A model generated the notes under the pieces. That model was not told the DNA's origin and searched no databases. It worked only from the letters and a program-made list of their open reading frames with translations. A stretch of 62,299 bases of DNA, counting the filler, from Nemertoderma westbladi (taxonomy: Eukaryota > Animalia > Xenacoelomorpha), in NCBI GenBank assembly GCA_032718475.1. It is 3 parts of 3 records of this genome, joined end to end, with 100 filler letters (N's around TTAATTAATTAA, not from the genome) between each part and the next. Parts side by side here need not be neighbours in the genome. Positions count along the whole stretch, not along the records: positions 21,677 to 50,237 come from JAUCBJ010006022.1; 2 more parts are not named here. One strand, written 5' to 3'. This document shows, in pieces, positions 34,310 to 48,632 of the stretch. Each line of letters opens with the position of its first letter. Position 1 is the stretch's first letter. Both the position numbers and the translations under genes were made by a program.

Positions 34310-37300
34310 TATCCCTGAAGTTGGGTTTGGCAAAGAATTCACCACCATTATGGTTTCCAAAGGTCAGAGTCCAATTGTATGAAGGTGGTCATTTCGAGAC
34401 GTGATGAGGGTGAACGTTATGAGACTTTTATTCAACGCTTATGTGCGCAAGTACATGATAATTTGTTAACTTTTAGATCTGATATTTTATTTCATGGTAA
34501 GGTATTTAATGAAAATGAATGCATGTGCCTCCCACATTGGAACGATTGTTGGTTTTATACTGGTTAGAAAAGATTGACCCAAGACTGCCTCAATTTATCC
34601 AAAGACAATATGCACATGAGCTACAAACAATGTCTCTTATGGATTTGCAGCCAATAGTTGTTGGTTTTATTGATTCCTTTAATGCTGAGATGAACAGCAA
34701 GGTGGATGTCACTCGGGTTGCAGCTTCTGTTATACAGGTTGACACTGCAAAATTCTTTAATTTCAAGGATTACAAAGGTCATATTTTTCCAACAAAAATA
34801 CAGTAAAATATAATTTGGTTCTGATAACGTCAATCCACAAAAGTCTCTGAAATCATGTTCTTTTTATAAGGCCTTATCTAAGCCTCACAAAGGCCATGAC
34901 ATAGGTTCATGTTGGTCATTAACTAAGTCTGATAAAATGTCCATGGCAAAAAGGCTATTTGTGGATATTGATGATTGTGACAATGTTGATGAGGCAAGTG
35001 ACGATGGATTTAATGCAAACCAAGATACAGTACTGGCTTTGGTTGAAAGAATTATGTGCATGACTTACCTATATTTTTTTGTATTTTGTGGTTTAACACA
35101 ATGTAAAGTAACAATCGATACTGGGGCAAAATCCAGTCTCATATCTTTAAATTTTGTAAAGACGGCTGGTATTGAATTCAGCCAAGCCACCCAGAGCACC
35201 CGTCCACTTGATAAAATATTTATAAAAACTGTTGGGTAAGTTCATGTTACTCTGTCTTATAGATGTCATAGTCATAGAGACAGATAATATTATTCTGTCT
35301 ACAAATGATACAGTTGAATGCACTTGTTTGTGAATGTATGGATTCAGATGTGCTAGGGGGCGTGCCACTTTGTGTACAAAATTGTATTGAGGTGAACCTA
35401 TCTCGGCAGCAGATATGTTTGAATGGTTTAATTATTTCGTATGGAGATAAATTAGCTATAGGTAAGATAGATGTAAATCCAACACCTATTACGACAAGCA
35501 CAATCTTATGTTGTCTGCAATCCCAAGTCCCAGGTATTGTTTCCTGGTGACTTTCTTGAAATTTAAGATGAGATATTGTATAACTTTGTTGGTGAAGAAG
35601 CTATAGAGCCTCACTTATGTTTTCCTCTTCATGCCGGGTGGCCTGAACCATATTTTACACATGTGATAAATGATACCATAAGAATTCCGAATACATCTAC
35701 TTTACCAATTCAATTAAAAAAACACCACCAAATTGTGCATATTTATCCTATCATTCCTGCCGACTCTATCTGTCAAGATGAATATCCTACTAAAGAAATA
35801 ATTTCGAATTTTTGTTGGTCAAAGGCTAGTGATGGTTACTTCTCATCATCTGTTGTATTACTTACAGGTTTGATGAAGACTTCAATCCTTCCATTAAAGC
35901 TGCATACAATGATTTCAGTGGTCGCATCCAAGCCAGCATTCACCTGGGCCCTATTCTTCCACCTCCAAGTAAGGGTCACATTCCTTTTTATAAGTCAAAG
36001 AATCTAGTGCTACTTCAAGAAGAATGTGATCATCTCGAGCAACAGGGGTCTTGGTAAAACCTGAGGATGTTGGTATCATTCCATAATGTGTATCACCAAG
36101 TTTCTTAGTAGATAAACCTAATTATTATTATTATTAATTATATTCATACTCCCAGTTGCGGGGTACAGATACCGGTAATAGATTCGAATACAAGTATATA
36201 GTATATATATATATATATAGCACAAACAAGACCTACTGTAAAATATAGATAGAGGAATAATAAATATGTAATACTATACATAAGAGTACTTTTCAGGCCC
36301 ACGTATATATATATATTTAATTTACACAAACATTAATAAAAATTTGTTCTAACTCATACTGGGTGAAACCAGGTATCTCGATTAATTTTTACCTACAGTC
36401 TACAATTTCCCTACAAATGTTAATATCCGACACACGAGAATCATCTACGTACCACCTAAATTTATTACACAATTTAACTGTTAGATTAGATAAGCAACCA
36501 TTATTACAAGTACGTGATATCTGTCTTAAATTTTTACCTGAAACCGACCTACAGTCAAAAAATGACAGATTGGCTAGAAAACGAATCGATGGTTTGGAAC
36601 TATGTAACAGCTTATTAGCGAACTGTACAAATCTACCACACACCATTGAAAACGGATATGAGAAATGCACCAAACCTTCCACAATATAGCGATGTGCATT
36701 AACCGGTAAACCCCAAACTAATCTAGTGTTAATGTTCCATGATTTAATAATGCGTTGAGCTTCATTAGACCATAGATCCCATAGTTGGCTGCCATAGAAA
36801 TCTGTGGCATATATACGTTGAAGTTCACTGATACAAGAAGGATGAGCAAAGCCAAACTCTTGTCTCAGCGAACTCAATTTACCAATAAATTGTCCCCGCT
36901 TATATAAAATATCAAACGAACTTGCACCAGAATAATGTAAAATGTTTCCTAAATATTTAGCTTGTTGTACCCATGGTAGGTCGCGGCTATATAATTTAAC
37001 ACAAACTGAAGGTTCTACCCATACTCTATTAAACGGTATACACTTAGATTTGCTCTTTCTCGGGTCGGGATCCGTACTAAAAGTCATATTAAATTCACAA
37101 GCAAATTGAACACAAATATTAATCATTTGCTGTAAACCGCATAAAGAAGGACATAACAAAATAATATCATCAGCGTAAACAAAAATACCATAGTAATACG
37201 GAGGCTAATATAATAACATTGGACAGTATTGTCGTTTAATTCCCACATCTGTGATAAAATGTGTTGATATTCTACAGAGTCTTTCTAGATTTAAACTTTT

Positions 37301-39600
37301 GGTTAAAACTGATCTTACAGAGTTTTTTCCGAAATGAAAGTTGATAAGCACTCCATGCAATATTTGGCCACTGTCACTCCTTATAAAGGTATTCGTTTGT
37401 ATGCGAGGGCTGCTCTTCGCAATGGCTGACTGAACTAATGACAAGAGTGCTTGGACATTTAGTTCAAGCTGGTATTGTTTTAAAGATTGTCGACATCTAT
37501 TCTGGTGCTGATTGAGTGGATGAATTACAGTTACATCTAGAAAGTCTACAGGTTTAGACGAGAATAACCTTAAGCTTTCTGGTCCAAGACTGTGATTACC
37601 CCAATATCCACAACAATTCTGGGGTGGATTTGATGGGGAGGTACACTTTCAGTGAGCAGCCATAATGTTTCACCATTGGTTTCTATTGATCCTCCCACTT
37701 CATGTACGCAGATGACATCGTTTCAGGGTGTTTATCAAGATATTTCAAGGTGTATCAAAGGGTAATTTTCACTTCTCTCACCCTTAGAAGAAAGTATTGA
37801 GGGCTTAAAGGGGCAAGATCTAATTAAATGGTCTCCTGAGCTTGCAGATAAATTTAAGGATGCATTGAGAGCACCTAACACTATAACTATTCCTACTTGC
37901 CAAGATCCACTTATGATTTCAGGTGATGCCGCATGTATCCATCTTGTCAAATATGTAAATTTGTATCTGATCTTGCAGCCTCGACAGTTTTGTCTTTAGA
38001 TATAGATGATGTTATAAATGGAAAGTTTTGTATGCCATTTCTTAATTAAACAGCTTAGAGTTCAGCTCAACAGGCTTCACCGGTTTTACATAAAGTATTT
38101 CTTCATTTGAAGAATGGTTCCCATCTGCTGCGAAAAGATAAATCTGGCAGAGAGCTTAAAACATATTTACGCATTGCTTCAGTTATTGAGTCCAATGATT
38201 TGATTGTCGTGAAAAAGGCAGATTCTTTTATGAGTACTTGTGGTTTAATTCTTGTCCCCAAAGCTATAACATTGGGTTTGATAGCTGCAATTCATTTAAG
38301 ATTTAGTCATAAATCAAAGCATCAGATTATTATTTAACCGCTATTTTTATTCCATTAACTCTTCAAATTATATAGATTGACTATGTTGATAGTTGTGATA
38401 CATGTAATGCTCTGATGAAAGTTCCATGTGAAATTTATAAGGAATCCAGCTAATCTACACCATCTTCCATTGGTAATAGGATGGCTGCTGGTGTCATGTG
38501 CAGATATAAGCAAAAAGTTTTTGTGATTCGTTGTTTTCTTTCTCCATATTCAGTTGCTTGTATTGTTCAAAGTGAACAATCTGATGACTTACTGAGTGCT
38601 TTCATTATTTGTTCGATGCCCTTGAAATTTTCAACCTTTGAGATTAGGGTGGATTGTGCTCCTTCTCTGAATGGCTTGAAAAATAATCGATCTCTTGTTG
38701 AGCATGGTACATCCAGACCTTGGACGAGTCAAAAATATAAACAAAAATCCTAGGGCTGAAAAAGCCATTCAAGAAATAGAATTTGAGCTTTTAAAAATGG
38801 GCCTATCTTCTTCCATTTTTCGTTAATTTGGCCATAGCTGTTGAGAATCTGAATAGCCAAATCCGAAGGAATGATTTGTCAGTAAAAGAGGTAGTATATG
38901 GAAGATTAATTTGGAAAAGAGGAAAAACCATGAATATATTGAGAAATGCAAATTGTGTGGGGCTCCTGAAGCCTCAATCAATAGCCTTAATTAAAGTGGG
39001 TGATCTTGTGTATATAAGACTGAGGGCTCCAAAAACTTTCGTCGTAAAAATATATTGTCACTGATATTAAAGATTCAATGACTTTCTTACAGAAACTTAA
39101 TGACACATTCTTAGGATCAAAAATATATGAAGTTCCCCTGAATAAATTATTTCATGTGACTAATCCTCAGTGCCATCATCTTCAAAGTGACTCTCTAGCC
39201 AAGATAGCTCGGATGAGGATATAGGCGCGAGAGAGACGGTGAAGCTTAATTCTGATTTCAGAACCAAAGTCGAGGATGTTGAGAAAGATAAAGATGTTGC
39301 TATACCTAGAAGATCTTCTTGAGTTAAGAGAATAAGACTAGGAGTTGCTAAACAGAATGAAATGGGAACTTACTTTAGGGACTGAAAAAAAAGATAGAAG
39401 TTATAGCGCCATACCTTGACTGATTTGGTATTAGGCCATTCCACTGAGTGGCTTTATAGTATTTATAATATATTATATATATTGCGTATTGTGGTTGGGT
39501 TGTACAGTAGTACCTACCAGTATACAGTTTTGATTGTACAATTCAGCTGTACTGTCTGCAGCCCATAGTGTCGGGCTGTCAGGGTTTTGCCTTTTGTGAG
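34310..39600 (+). mobile_element. Old decayed Troyka-like LTR retrotransposon
   Basis: gag WLEKIDPRLPQFIQRQYAHELQ, protease IDTGA, SFLVDKP, integrase IRVDCAPS..NKNP.AEKAIQEIE, all paralleling the 10739-15844 element; purine tract followed by CGCC at 39407 (probable 3' LTR start). Confidence 0.7.
36119..37205 (-). mobile_element. 5'-truncated RTEX-like LINE inserted in the decayed LTR element
   Basis: VYADDIILLCPS...YATDFYGSQLW ORF (36389..37159) and (TAA)n tail at 36119-36135. Confidence 0.8.
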
Positions 39601-39619
39601 TTTATTATGAAATGAATAC

Positions 39620-39940
39620 CAGACCAAGGACTATACAAGGTGTAACCCTTGATGTCTTCTGGGCTAATTTGCGTATTCAAGTCACCAGCAATAATTTCAC
39701 AATGTGTTTCGGGATGTCCTTTTTAAGTCCAGTCAGATCTTCATAAAACTTGACAGCTTGTTCTGGCTCTAAGGCATTTATTTATTTATAATGCATTGGT
39801 TGGACTGTAGCAACATTACTGATGTCTTGGGATTCCCATCAAATGTTGAAAGTTATAGATTCGATGTTGTTTAGGGTCTGAAGTGCTAATGGGGTTAGCA
39901 TAATTCCATCCTACTCCACCAATTGATGCGATGGCCGAAT
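39620..39940 (-). mobile_element. RTE-clade APE endonuclease fragment
   Basis: Homologous to 41060-41360; a further fragment lies at about 40755-40955. Confidence 0.75.
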
Positions 39941-40199
39941 TTTTTTTTCCTTCGCTTACAACCAAATTATAATCCCACTTAGTGGTATGAAATGAAATGG
40001 TGAGTATTAGTTAGTTAACGGTTTGCCGTTAACTAACTAAGGTAATATAGCAGAGCTATTGGAGCCTCGGTCAGTGCTTAGATCGTAAGTGTGGGGGGGG
40101 GGGGGGGGGGGGGATTGCATTATCATTTTTTGATAATTAATTAATCAGTTACTTATCTAGTTGCAGGATGTTATTAATTTTAGAATTTTTAAGAAGAAA

Positions 40200-40720
40200 T
40201 TTAAATTTTGGAAAAGATAGGGAATTTAGAAGATGCATTTTGTAGGACTTGGGGAAGTTTTGTTTGGTTTGGTTTTTTTAAACTGGATATCAGCAAGTTC
40301 CAGATTGTTGGGCCCTGGTAGCGAATAGTGTCATCCCTGGGAATCAACCAGAGTGACAACCTAATCAAGAATGGACAATTGGCCCTCCACCTCCATCTCA
40401 AGGGTAAACTTGAGATCTACTTGATCGGAAATATCAGGTCATATTACTCAAGGCAGAGTGGCTTTGAATTTTGCGAGATTGGAAAGAGATGCAATGGTGA
40501 TCTTTGTGAATCTTTGCTGAATCTTTGGTGAGAACAAGCCCGTTGCGCGAATAAGTGGAATGAAAGTGGTTATTCTTCTTTAATTGGACAGCGACCGTAA
40601 GAAAGAAGCACAGTAATCCTTTAAATTTTCTCCGATATAGATGTTGTTAGATTTCTCCGCATTGGAAGTTAATATGTGTTTATTTTTTTATAACCTCGTT
40701 CCGTTTTTGGTGGGATATGA
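40200..40720 (-). mobile_element. L2/CR1-group LINE 3' fragment
   Basis: TIRYQGPTIWN.L C-terminal motif; decayed. Confidence 0.5.
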
Positions 40721-40958
40721 TGCGAACTATAAATTCCCTTGGTTTAGTAGACTCACTCTTTCCGAGATGGTGGGCGATATCTATGTCTTCTCTATGGATA
40801 TTCATGCTGTTAAGGAGACGTTCAGTCTCGCCAATCTCTTCTTCAAATCCGATGTTCATGGATACAGATGATGTCGATGTTATATTCCATTGCTATGGCT
40901 ACCATGTCACCCTGTTTGCATCGAGCTTTCATTGTAGCAATCTTTAGTGTATATTTTT

Positions 40959-42200
40959 TTAAATAAGCATACTCTTTTCGAATGTGTTGTTTGTTGGTAT
41001 CAATTCACATTCTTCCATTAGGTCTAAAAGTAAGTACCCATTTCTGTTAGAACTGGTGTTATAGGTATAACCCTTGATGTCTTCTGGGCCAATTTGCGCA
41101 TTCAGGTCACCAGCAATGACTTTAACATTGTGTCTCGGAATGTCCTTTATAAGTCCAGTCAGTTCTTCATAAAACTTGACTGCTTGTTCTGGCTCTGAGG
41201 CATTGGTTGGACTGTAGCAACATATAACTGTTGCCTTGGGATTCCCATCAAATGTTGCGATCAAAACCCTGGAATTTATAGATTCGATGTTGTTTAGGGT
41301 CTTAAGTGCAAATGGGCTTAGCAGAATTCCTACTCCACCAATTGATGCATTGGCCGAGTTTCTTACTGCTGAGCTTGTTACTAACATCCAGCCATTTCCA
41401 ATGTCATTGTACTTCATGGCAGTGTCTTCATGACAAATCCGATGTTCTTGGATGCAGATGATGTCGATGTTATATTCCATTGCCAGAGCGACCATGTCAC
41501 CCTGTTTGCTCTGTGCTTTCAGCGTGCGTGCGTTCATTGTAGCAATCTTTAGTGTCTTTTTACATTTCAACAGGTTGGTTCTTCTTTCTTCTCTGTCTTC
41601 TTTATCGACCCCAGCCTGGTGTACCACTGAGGGACGCGGTCCTTGATGACCCGGGCGATGACCGAGCCGGTATTTCTCCTGGAGGGTTCTCATACTCATA
41701 TCTTTCAGTTGGGGAGTAAACCGCTTGTGGTCGCAACTCCTACAAGCGTCTTCGCAGTAGGTCGCCGTTGGTTGATTACCTTCCGCTGACCTTGTCAGCA
41801 TGTCTAGCCGCTGGTTGATTACCTTCCGCCTATCCATGGCCTACAGCCCTGCTGCTGTAGGGGTCCTTTTGTTACACCCTGAACCAAGTGTGCCTCCTGG
41901 TTTAGGTTACCTAACACTGGTAGAGGAGCACCCAGTATAGACAGGGCGGGGCTTGTATCATCTCTAATGCAGATGCGTATCAAGCCTTTGCCTTAAATGG
42001 TGCCCTAGGCAATGAGCCCTCAATGATTTATTGAGTTGACGGGGCTTACCAACATATTCTTGATCAACTAAGTTGATTAGGCTACTGTGCTGATTGGGGG
42101 GACCTACTGGGTTGACATCTACAGGTGGTATCACATCACTGCCATTGTGGTAGCAGGATCTAGGATCCTGTGACCAGGGCGCTGACCTGATATAGGTTAA
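40959..42200 (-). mobile_element. 5' part of an RTE-clade LINE (5' UTR plus APE endonuclease ORF 40959..41837)
   Basis: IATMNARTL, ICIQEHR, GGVGILLS, CYSPTN, GDLNA, NRNG motifs; truncated before RT. Confidence 0.85.
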
Positions 42201-42254
42201 TTACCAAATGTATAGGAATATTAGGAAACAGAAGTTTAGTTCAGTTTATCTATA

Positions 42255-43209
42255 GTTTGTCTATAGTTTGTACAACTTGTATTCCATTTGCTGCTAAATG
42301 TTTCCCTCCGAGTTTCCAGATCGTGCTCAATGGTGACAAACTTCCATGGGTAAAGGAAATGAAACATCTCGGCAATATGTTTCACTACTCGAACAAGTTT
42401 GATAGAGATCTCTGTCTTAAACGGGGAAGTTTTATCGCGAAGATGAATTGTCTCCGCCAAGAATTATCTTTTGCACACACAGCCACTCAGGCAGATTTGC
42501 ATAGAGTTTATACAAATAGTTTCTACGGAAACGGATTATGGGACATCTGGTCGGATGCTTGTGTGCGGCTGGTAACTGCTTGGAACAAGAATTTGAGAAC
42601 TACCTTGCATCTCCCATATAATACACACAGGTACATCGTTGGAACATCTGAATCACTTCCAGCATCCGTTTGCCATGCTGTGTTCGAGATTTGTATGATT
42701 TGCAAAACGACTGTTGTCGTCCAGTATGAATAAGCCATCGTTATTCTTCCTTGCGAATCTATGCCTATTCGATTGTAGAACTGTTTCCGGTAGGAGCCTA
42801 TACAATATTGCTGCAAAGGTCAACGTAAACGTGAAGGATCTTAACACGAACATGTTTAAAGGTCTACGATGGTTTTGGAATCCTAGCGGATCAGATATAG
42901 CTACTGTAAGGTTGTAAGAGAATTAGTTTAGTGTCGCTATAACCTGTGTATACCGGGCTTCATATATGAAGCCTGCTATAATGAAGCTGCACTATATATT
43001 CAAGTTTGTTTGTACGTCATAATTCCCTTAACTTATATTATATTGTGCTATATATATGTATATTTTTTTTGTTCTTCTTCCTTGGTACATTACATTATAT
43101 TTACTACTAATGTACGTATGACAATGTGTATTTTTCTTTTCTATATTTTCTTTCCGTATCGGTGTTATATTCGTTTGATCGTATGCACGAATAATAATAA
43201 TAATAATAA
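42255..43209 (+). mobile_element. RTEX-like LINE 3' fragment
   Basis: LPWVKEMKHLGN, NSFYGNGLW, LPYNTHRYI; homologous to 36389..37159; (aat)n tail. Confidence 0.8.
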
Positions 43210-43574
43210 GAGAATGGAATGGAATGGAATAGCTGGAATGGTTTATAATAGGGAGTGGCTATGAATTATGATGTGGTGTTGGCCAAGAAGAGGGATGTGC
43301 GGACTGCTTGGCCTATACTCTTTTTATTGTATATATTATAATATTCTATATATTGTATTTATGGTATATTTGTAAGCATAAAATTATAAATATGTATTAA
43401 TTTTAAATATTATTTATATTTAAGAAATATATCTTCCTACAATAATTTATTGTATTTATAATATTTATATGAATATATACAACTATAAAAACTGTAGAAC
43501 CTCCCCGGATTGACAATAAGTCAGATGTGAATAAATGACATCATTGTAACGGGATTTAAAAGTTAGTAATGTGG

Positions 43575-44190
43575 TTAAGATATCTTTATAGAAGTAAAAG
43601 TGTCTGAGTCTGTACTCCCAGATATTCCCATTGGTGATATCTCCTTTGCAGAAGTGAAGGCTGCTGCAAAGAGCATTAAGATCAATCGTGTCAGTGGAGT
43701 AGATGGTGTTCCCCTTGAGGTCTTTAATTTCATTTTCAATTTCAATCCGGGATAGGCCCGGGCCTTTAATTTCGGAAGTTCACCTTTCGATATCGTTATA
43801 TATTGCAAAAAACCCAACACCAAAGGTCACCATAAAATGTTTAAGGTTGATCAGTATTTATTCATGAATGTGGGTGATATGATAGGCCTAATGATAATAT
43901 GCCGTAGCCGTGGGGTGTTGGGGTGCAGCCAGTAGTGGTCAGCTGTATCAAAGCTAGTATAGATTTCCACTGGTGCATCTAAAATATCTGAGTGTTTAAA
44001 GTGTTTCATCTATCCCATCATAGTAGACATGTACCGAACAACAAGAGTCCCACAAGAAATGAAAACAAATAAGTTGGTGCCAGTTCCCAAGAAGGGCAAC
44101 CTAACACTCTTTTTTTATTTTCGGGTAACCTCATTGATCTCGATTGCTGCAAAGCTATACAATAGAATTCTTTTAAATTGCATCAGGGAT
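43575..44190 (+). mobile_element. RTE RT-region fragment, interrupted at about 43735-44003
   Basis: EVKAAAK...SGVDGVPLEVF and LVPVPKKGNL...SLISIAAKLYNRILL. Confidence 0.7.
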
Positions 44191-44691
44191 CGGGGATCGG
44201 GATTTATAACTGGTGTCATCGTGATCAGCGACCTTAAAAACCCGTATACTTTCAGAATTATCAAAGCAAACACAAATCGTTTTGTTTGACATTTTTTAAT
44301 TGTACTTTTCGTCCTGGGAGACCAATATAGCACCAAAAATGAAAATATTTATAACTAGTTTCACCGTGATCAGCGACCTCGAAAACCCTTATACCATCAA
44401 AATTTTAATTTTTGACCAACAACAAAAAATTTCTAAAATGACACCCCCACCCACCCATTAGGTTGTAAAAGCCCGGGCCAAATAGGGTTAAACTTGAGAT
44501 ATTTTAATAAAATTGCATCAAAATTTATACAATTTATAAAAAAACCAACCTGCACAAAAAGCGCCATATTTTTCGAACATGAGGTTTTACGAAGCTATCC
44601 ATATTCAGTTTTCATAGTAAAAGATCACAGATCATTGTGTGCAGAATAGTAGTTTTATAAGTAAAAAAAAATTGGGGCAGCAGTGGTCCCC

Positions 44692-46586
44692 TTAACGCGG
44701 ACCCATGGGGGGTCAAGATGACCCCCCCATAGATTTTTTGTTATAATTCTGAAACAAAAGGCAGTTGGGAATCTGAAATTTTATTACTTTTCCTAAAAAT
44801 CTATTGTCTTCCTAGTAGTGAAAACCGTTTTTAAAAATATTGGGTAGTTTTCGAGTCATAGCACCATTTTTTAACCCTACTTTTGGCACTTTTTTGAGAC
44901 GTTTTTTGAAAATTACATTACATGAAATATCATTTGTAACATCTCTATTTTTGATTTACACCGGTTTTTTGGTGTTAGCAATTAGATGGAATTCATATAA
45001 ATTAATTTAGAAATTTCAAACTTGTTTTTTTTTCGCCGGGTGCCAAATTTTGGTGCCAGCACCAAATTTTGAAATGTTAATTTTGGTAAATTGATTGTTT
45101 GAACTTTTTTTCACGCAATGGGGGGTTTTTAGGGTTCTGGTTTCGTTGGAATATATACGAGTTGCACCAAGCGTATCAAACTTGTATTTTTCGGTGCTGT
45201 GCGCAAATTTTGGTGCTAGCACGAAATTTTGGAAATCTATTCAATAGATAAAATTGCTTGTGACAATTTATTTCTTGCGTTTTAGAGGTTTATGGCTGCT
45301 CCGAATTCAATGGAATATATAATTATCGAACCAGACATCTCAAACTTGTATTTTTCGGAAGTGGGTGCAAAATGTGGTGCTAGCACCAAATTTTGAAAAA
45401 CATCAAATATATCAATTGATTGTGTGAACTTGTTTCTTGCATTATACGGGTTTGTGAGGGTTCTGAATTGAATTGAATCAGTAAAAATTTCATAAGAGTT
45501 TTCAAACTTGTATTTTTCGCAGGTGGGTGAAAATTGTTGTGCCAGCATCAAATTTTTGAAAATAAGCAAATTTATCAGTAGATAGTATCATCTTGTTTCT
45601 TGCGTTATACGGGTTTATGGGGGTCCTGAATCCGATGGAATCAATAAAAACAGCACTGGACATCGCAAACTTGTACTTTTTAGTGATGGGTACGAAATTT
45701 GGTGCTAGCACCAAAATTTGCCATATTTCGCCGAAAAATACTAGTAGCAATGATCTGGCATATTAGAAATGTATTCCATTAGAATCAGCGCCCTAGAAAC
45801 CCAAACCTGAAAATGTGAATTTATAGCATCGTATAAGTGAATTAAAAATGTTATGTTCTAACTGAAAAGTGCTGGTTTCTTGTATTTTTCATTTTTTTCC
45901 AACGCAGAGAGGACTAAAAAAACAGCCATTTATTGTAATCAGATCATTTTTAAATATTTTCCAATGGATTTTACGCCCCAGAAAACCTGCATTGAAAAAC
46001 AATTATCCGAAAAATGTAACTTTCAAATTTTGAGAAAATTGTGCACTACTTGTTAGCAAGTCGTAGGACTTGATTACTGTAAGAATTGTTGGCTGACTGG
46101 CTGGCTGGCTGACTGACTGATCTACAGCCAAAACTACTCTAACGATTTTATGAAATTTTCACAGTGGCTAGATACCGCGATTCTAAGGTCCCTGATATGT
46201 TCCGATATTTCGTCCATGAGCCATAGGCTCGAAAAATAGACATAAACGAAAAAACGCCATTGGCGCAATGGTAAAATAACACCAATGACAGCTTGTTGAT
46301 GGAATTTACATTTGATTGATGACTTCCGATTTGCTTAACGGCGTCTTGACGCCGTCTCTAGTAATTTTGGTGCAGCAATATAAACTCCCCAGAATGCTTT
46401 TCGGTCGGATCCAGAGAAGTGCAACCTACGTACAAACAAAAAATCAGACGTTTTCGTTAAAATTTGTAGATTTTAGTGGAAGGGCGGGAGCGGGGGGGGT
46501 GGGGGGGGGGGGGGGGTCAATATGACCCACCCCCCCCCCCCCCGGTATTTGTACAACATTTTATAGCCCGGTACTAATTAAGGTTC
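44692..46586. mobile_element. Non-autonomous DNA transposon, piggyBac-like, with internal ~162-bp degenerate repeats
   Basis: ggggggtca..atgaccc palindromes near both ends; about 5 internal units (45016, 45176, 45340, 45502, 45665); a related ...aatagggttaa end at 44470-44491; microsatellite-bearing insert at about 46050-46300. Confidence 0.5.
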
Positions 46587-47901
46587 AATTATTTAGGACA
46601 ACAGAAAAAAAATTCAATCATTAATTAAATATAAATTAAGTGTGCAAATACAACAGTGAATGATAAACCACCACAAGTACACCATGCATATTTGAACGAA
46701 GGCGTTTTTTTTAACACAATTTTCGCAATAAAGTTAGTTTTTCAAGATTAACGAACTTCTGCAACCCCTCCTCCATATGTGTAACTCTGTATATTAGGGT
46801 GGAAACATAGAAAACAGTACAGGGATCATTTTGATAAACACACAGGGATTGGAGGATGGAGGGATCCGAAATCCAATCCTTTTTGGAGGCCAAAAAGAAA
46901 TTGGTTTCTGGTTCGTAGTAATAGTTTATTTATTTATTTCAACGCAACACTAATACAATATAAGTATTATGGTTGGAGATACGGTAAATTGTTAATTATA
47001 CAGTATACGTCACCAATATTGATTTCACCATTAATAACGACTATGGACAGTATGATACATGACATGTTCCACAGATCTAGTAAACCACACAAACCACTGG
47101 TTTACGGGGCGACGACAACGTACTGCAATGGTGTTTATGTTCTACAACATGGATTAACAAGCCATATACTGTATAACAATATATACCTACAGATATTAAT
47201 AAACAGCACTAGAGAATAATGCTACTGCGCTACAATAATGGTACTGCGCTTTATTCCTAAAACCCTTTTAATGAATCCCAAATGGACACGTTCGGCAGCC
47301 GGTGCCATGTGAAACCCCCACACCTCTGATCCGTACATAAGTAGTAATAGTAATATTATTATTATAAGTAATAGTAGTAACTGAACGGTTATGCGACCAG
47401 TACAGCCTATAATCAGAAAGTGATCAGATCTAATTATACGATTTGTTTCGTAAGTTTATACAATGGAAACCTACTACACACACACACACGTTAAACATTA
47501 TTCTTAAGAACTTTCACCCAATTCTAAGACGTTGAAAATACATCAGCCAATAACAATTGATCTCCTATTGATATTTTAGTTGCCAAGCGACGACGGTTGG
47601 CAATGAATCACCCATTTTATTGTAGATAGAAACAGTATGTATGGAGATTACAGACAATATTCCTAAAACATTTTTTGCTCATTAACCTAAGTATTGCCTG
47701 TTCACGGCCATGGGAGTGATCTATCCCTTACATCTAATCATATTAAAAACTTATTTTATATTTAAAATATGAATAAATATTGCAACCTACCGTATATAAT
47801 GCTTGGGAGGTGTTTTCTGGCAGATTTCTGAGGTGTTTCTTGTATGGTTCAAGCTCAAGGATTGGGGATTTTTAAATATAATTAGTGCACTAATAGGCAT
47901 A

Positions 47902-48195
47902 ATGACTGAATGCAATACTCCTGATATTGTTCAAGATTGCACTGTGCAATTCCGTGGAACCAATCCGCAATGTACCACATTGCAAGAAGATAACAATAAC
48001 ACTAATAATATACGAAACAACGAAAGAAAACAATCATTTATGTCTCGTTTATGGTCGACTTTGGAGACAATGTTCCATGTGACGGAAGCAACTTCTAGCA
48101 GACTACAGATTCCTCGACTTTTGGACGCGCTGTTGGTACACAATGTAATCCGATTGGTTTCGCACAGCAGCGGATGTCCACTCAGAGTGAAAGAT
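47902..48195 (+). CDS. Beta-trefoil (FGF/fascin-like) domain protein, exon 1
   Basis: ATG at 47902 (start uncertain); donor GAT|gtgagt, phase 0; NVIRLVSHSSGCPLRVKD. Confidence 0.65.
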
Positions 48196-48229
48196 GTGAG
48201 TTTTGGATCGGATGAATATGAATTTATTC

Positions 48230-48632
48230 AACCAAATCCCACCCTAATCCCACCTCAATCCCACACCAATCCCAACCCTATCCCACCCCAATCCCACCTC
48301 AATCCCACTCCAATCCCACACCAACGCCAACCCTATCCAACACCAATCCCACCTCAATCCCACACCAATCCCAACCCTATCCCACCTCAATCCCACTCCA
48401 ATAACACACCATTCCCAACCCTATCCCACCCAATTCCCAACCAAATCCCACCCCAATCCCACCCAATCCCACCCCAATCCCACCCTAATCCCACCACAAT
48501 CCCACCCTATTTCCACCCCAATCCCAATTCCACCCCAATCCTAACCCCAATTCAACCCAAATCCCACCCCCAATCCCTCCCCAATCCCACCCCCAATCCC
48601 ACCCCAATCCCAACCAATCCCTCCCCAATCTC
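48230..48632. repeat. C-rich low-complexity repeat (cccaatcccac-like), intronic
   Basis: Explains the Pro-rich tail of ORF 47803..48669. Confidence 0.9.
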
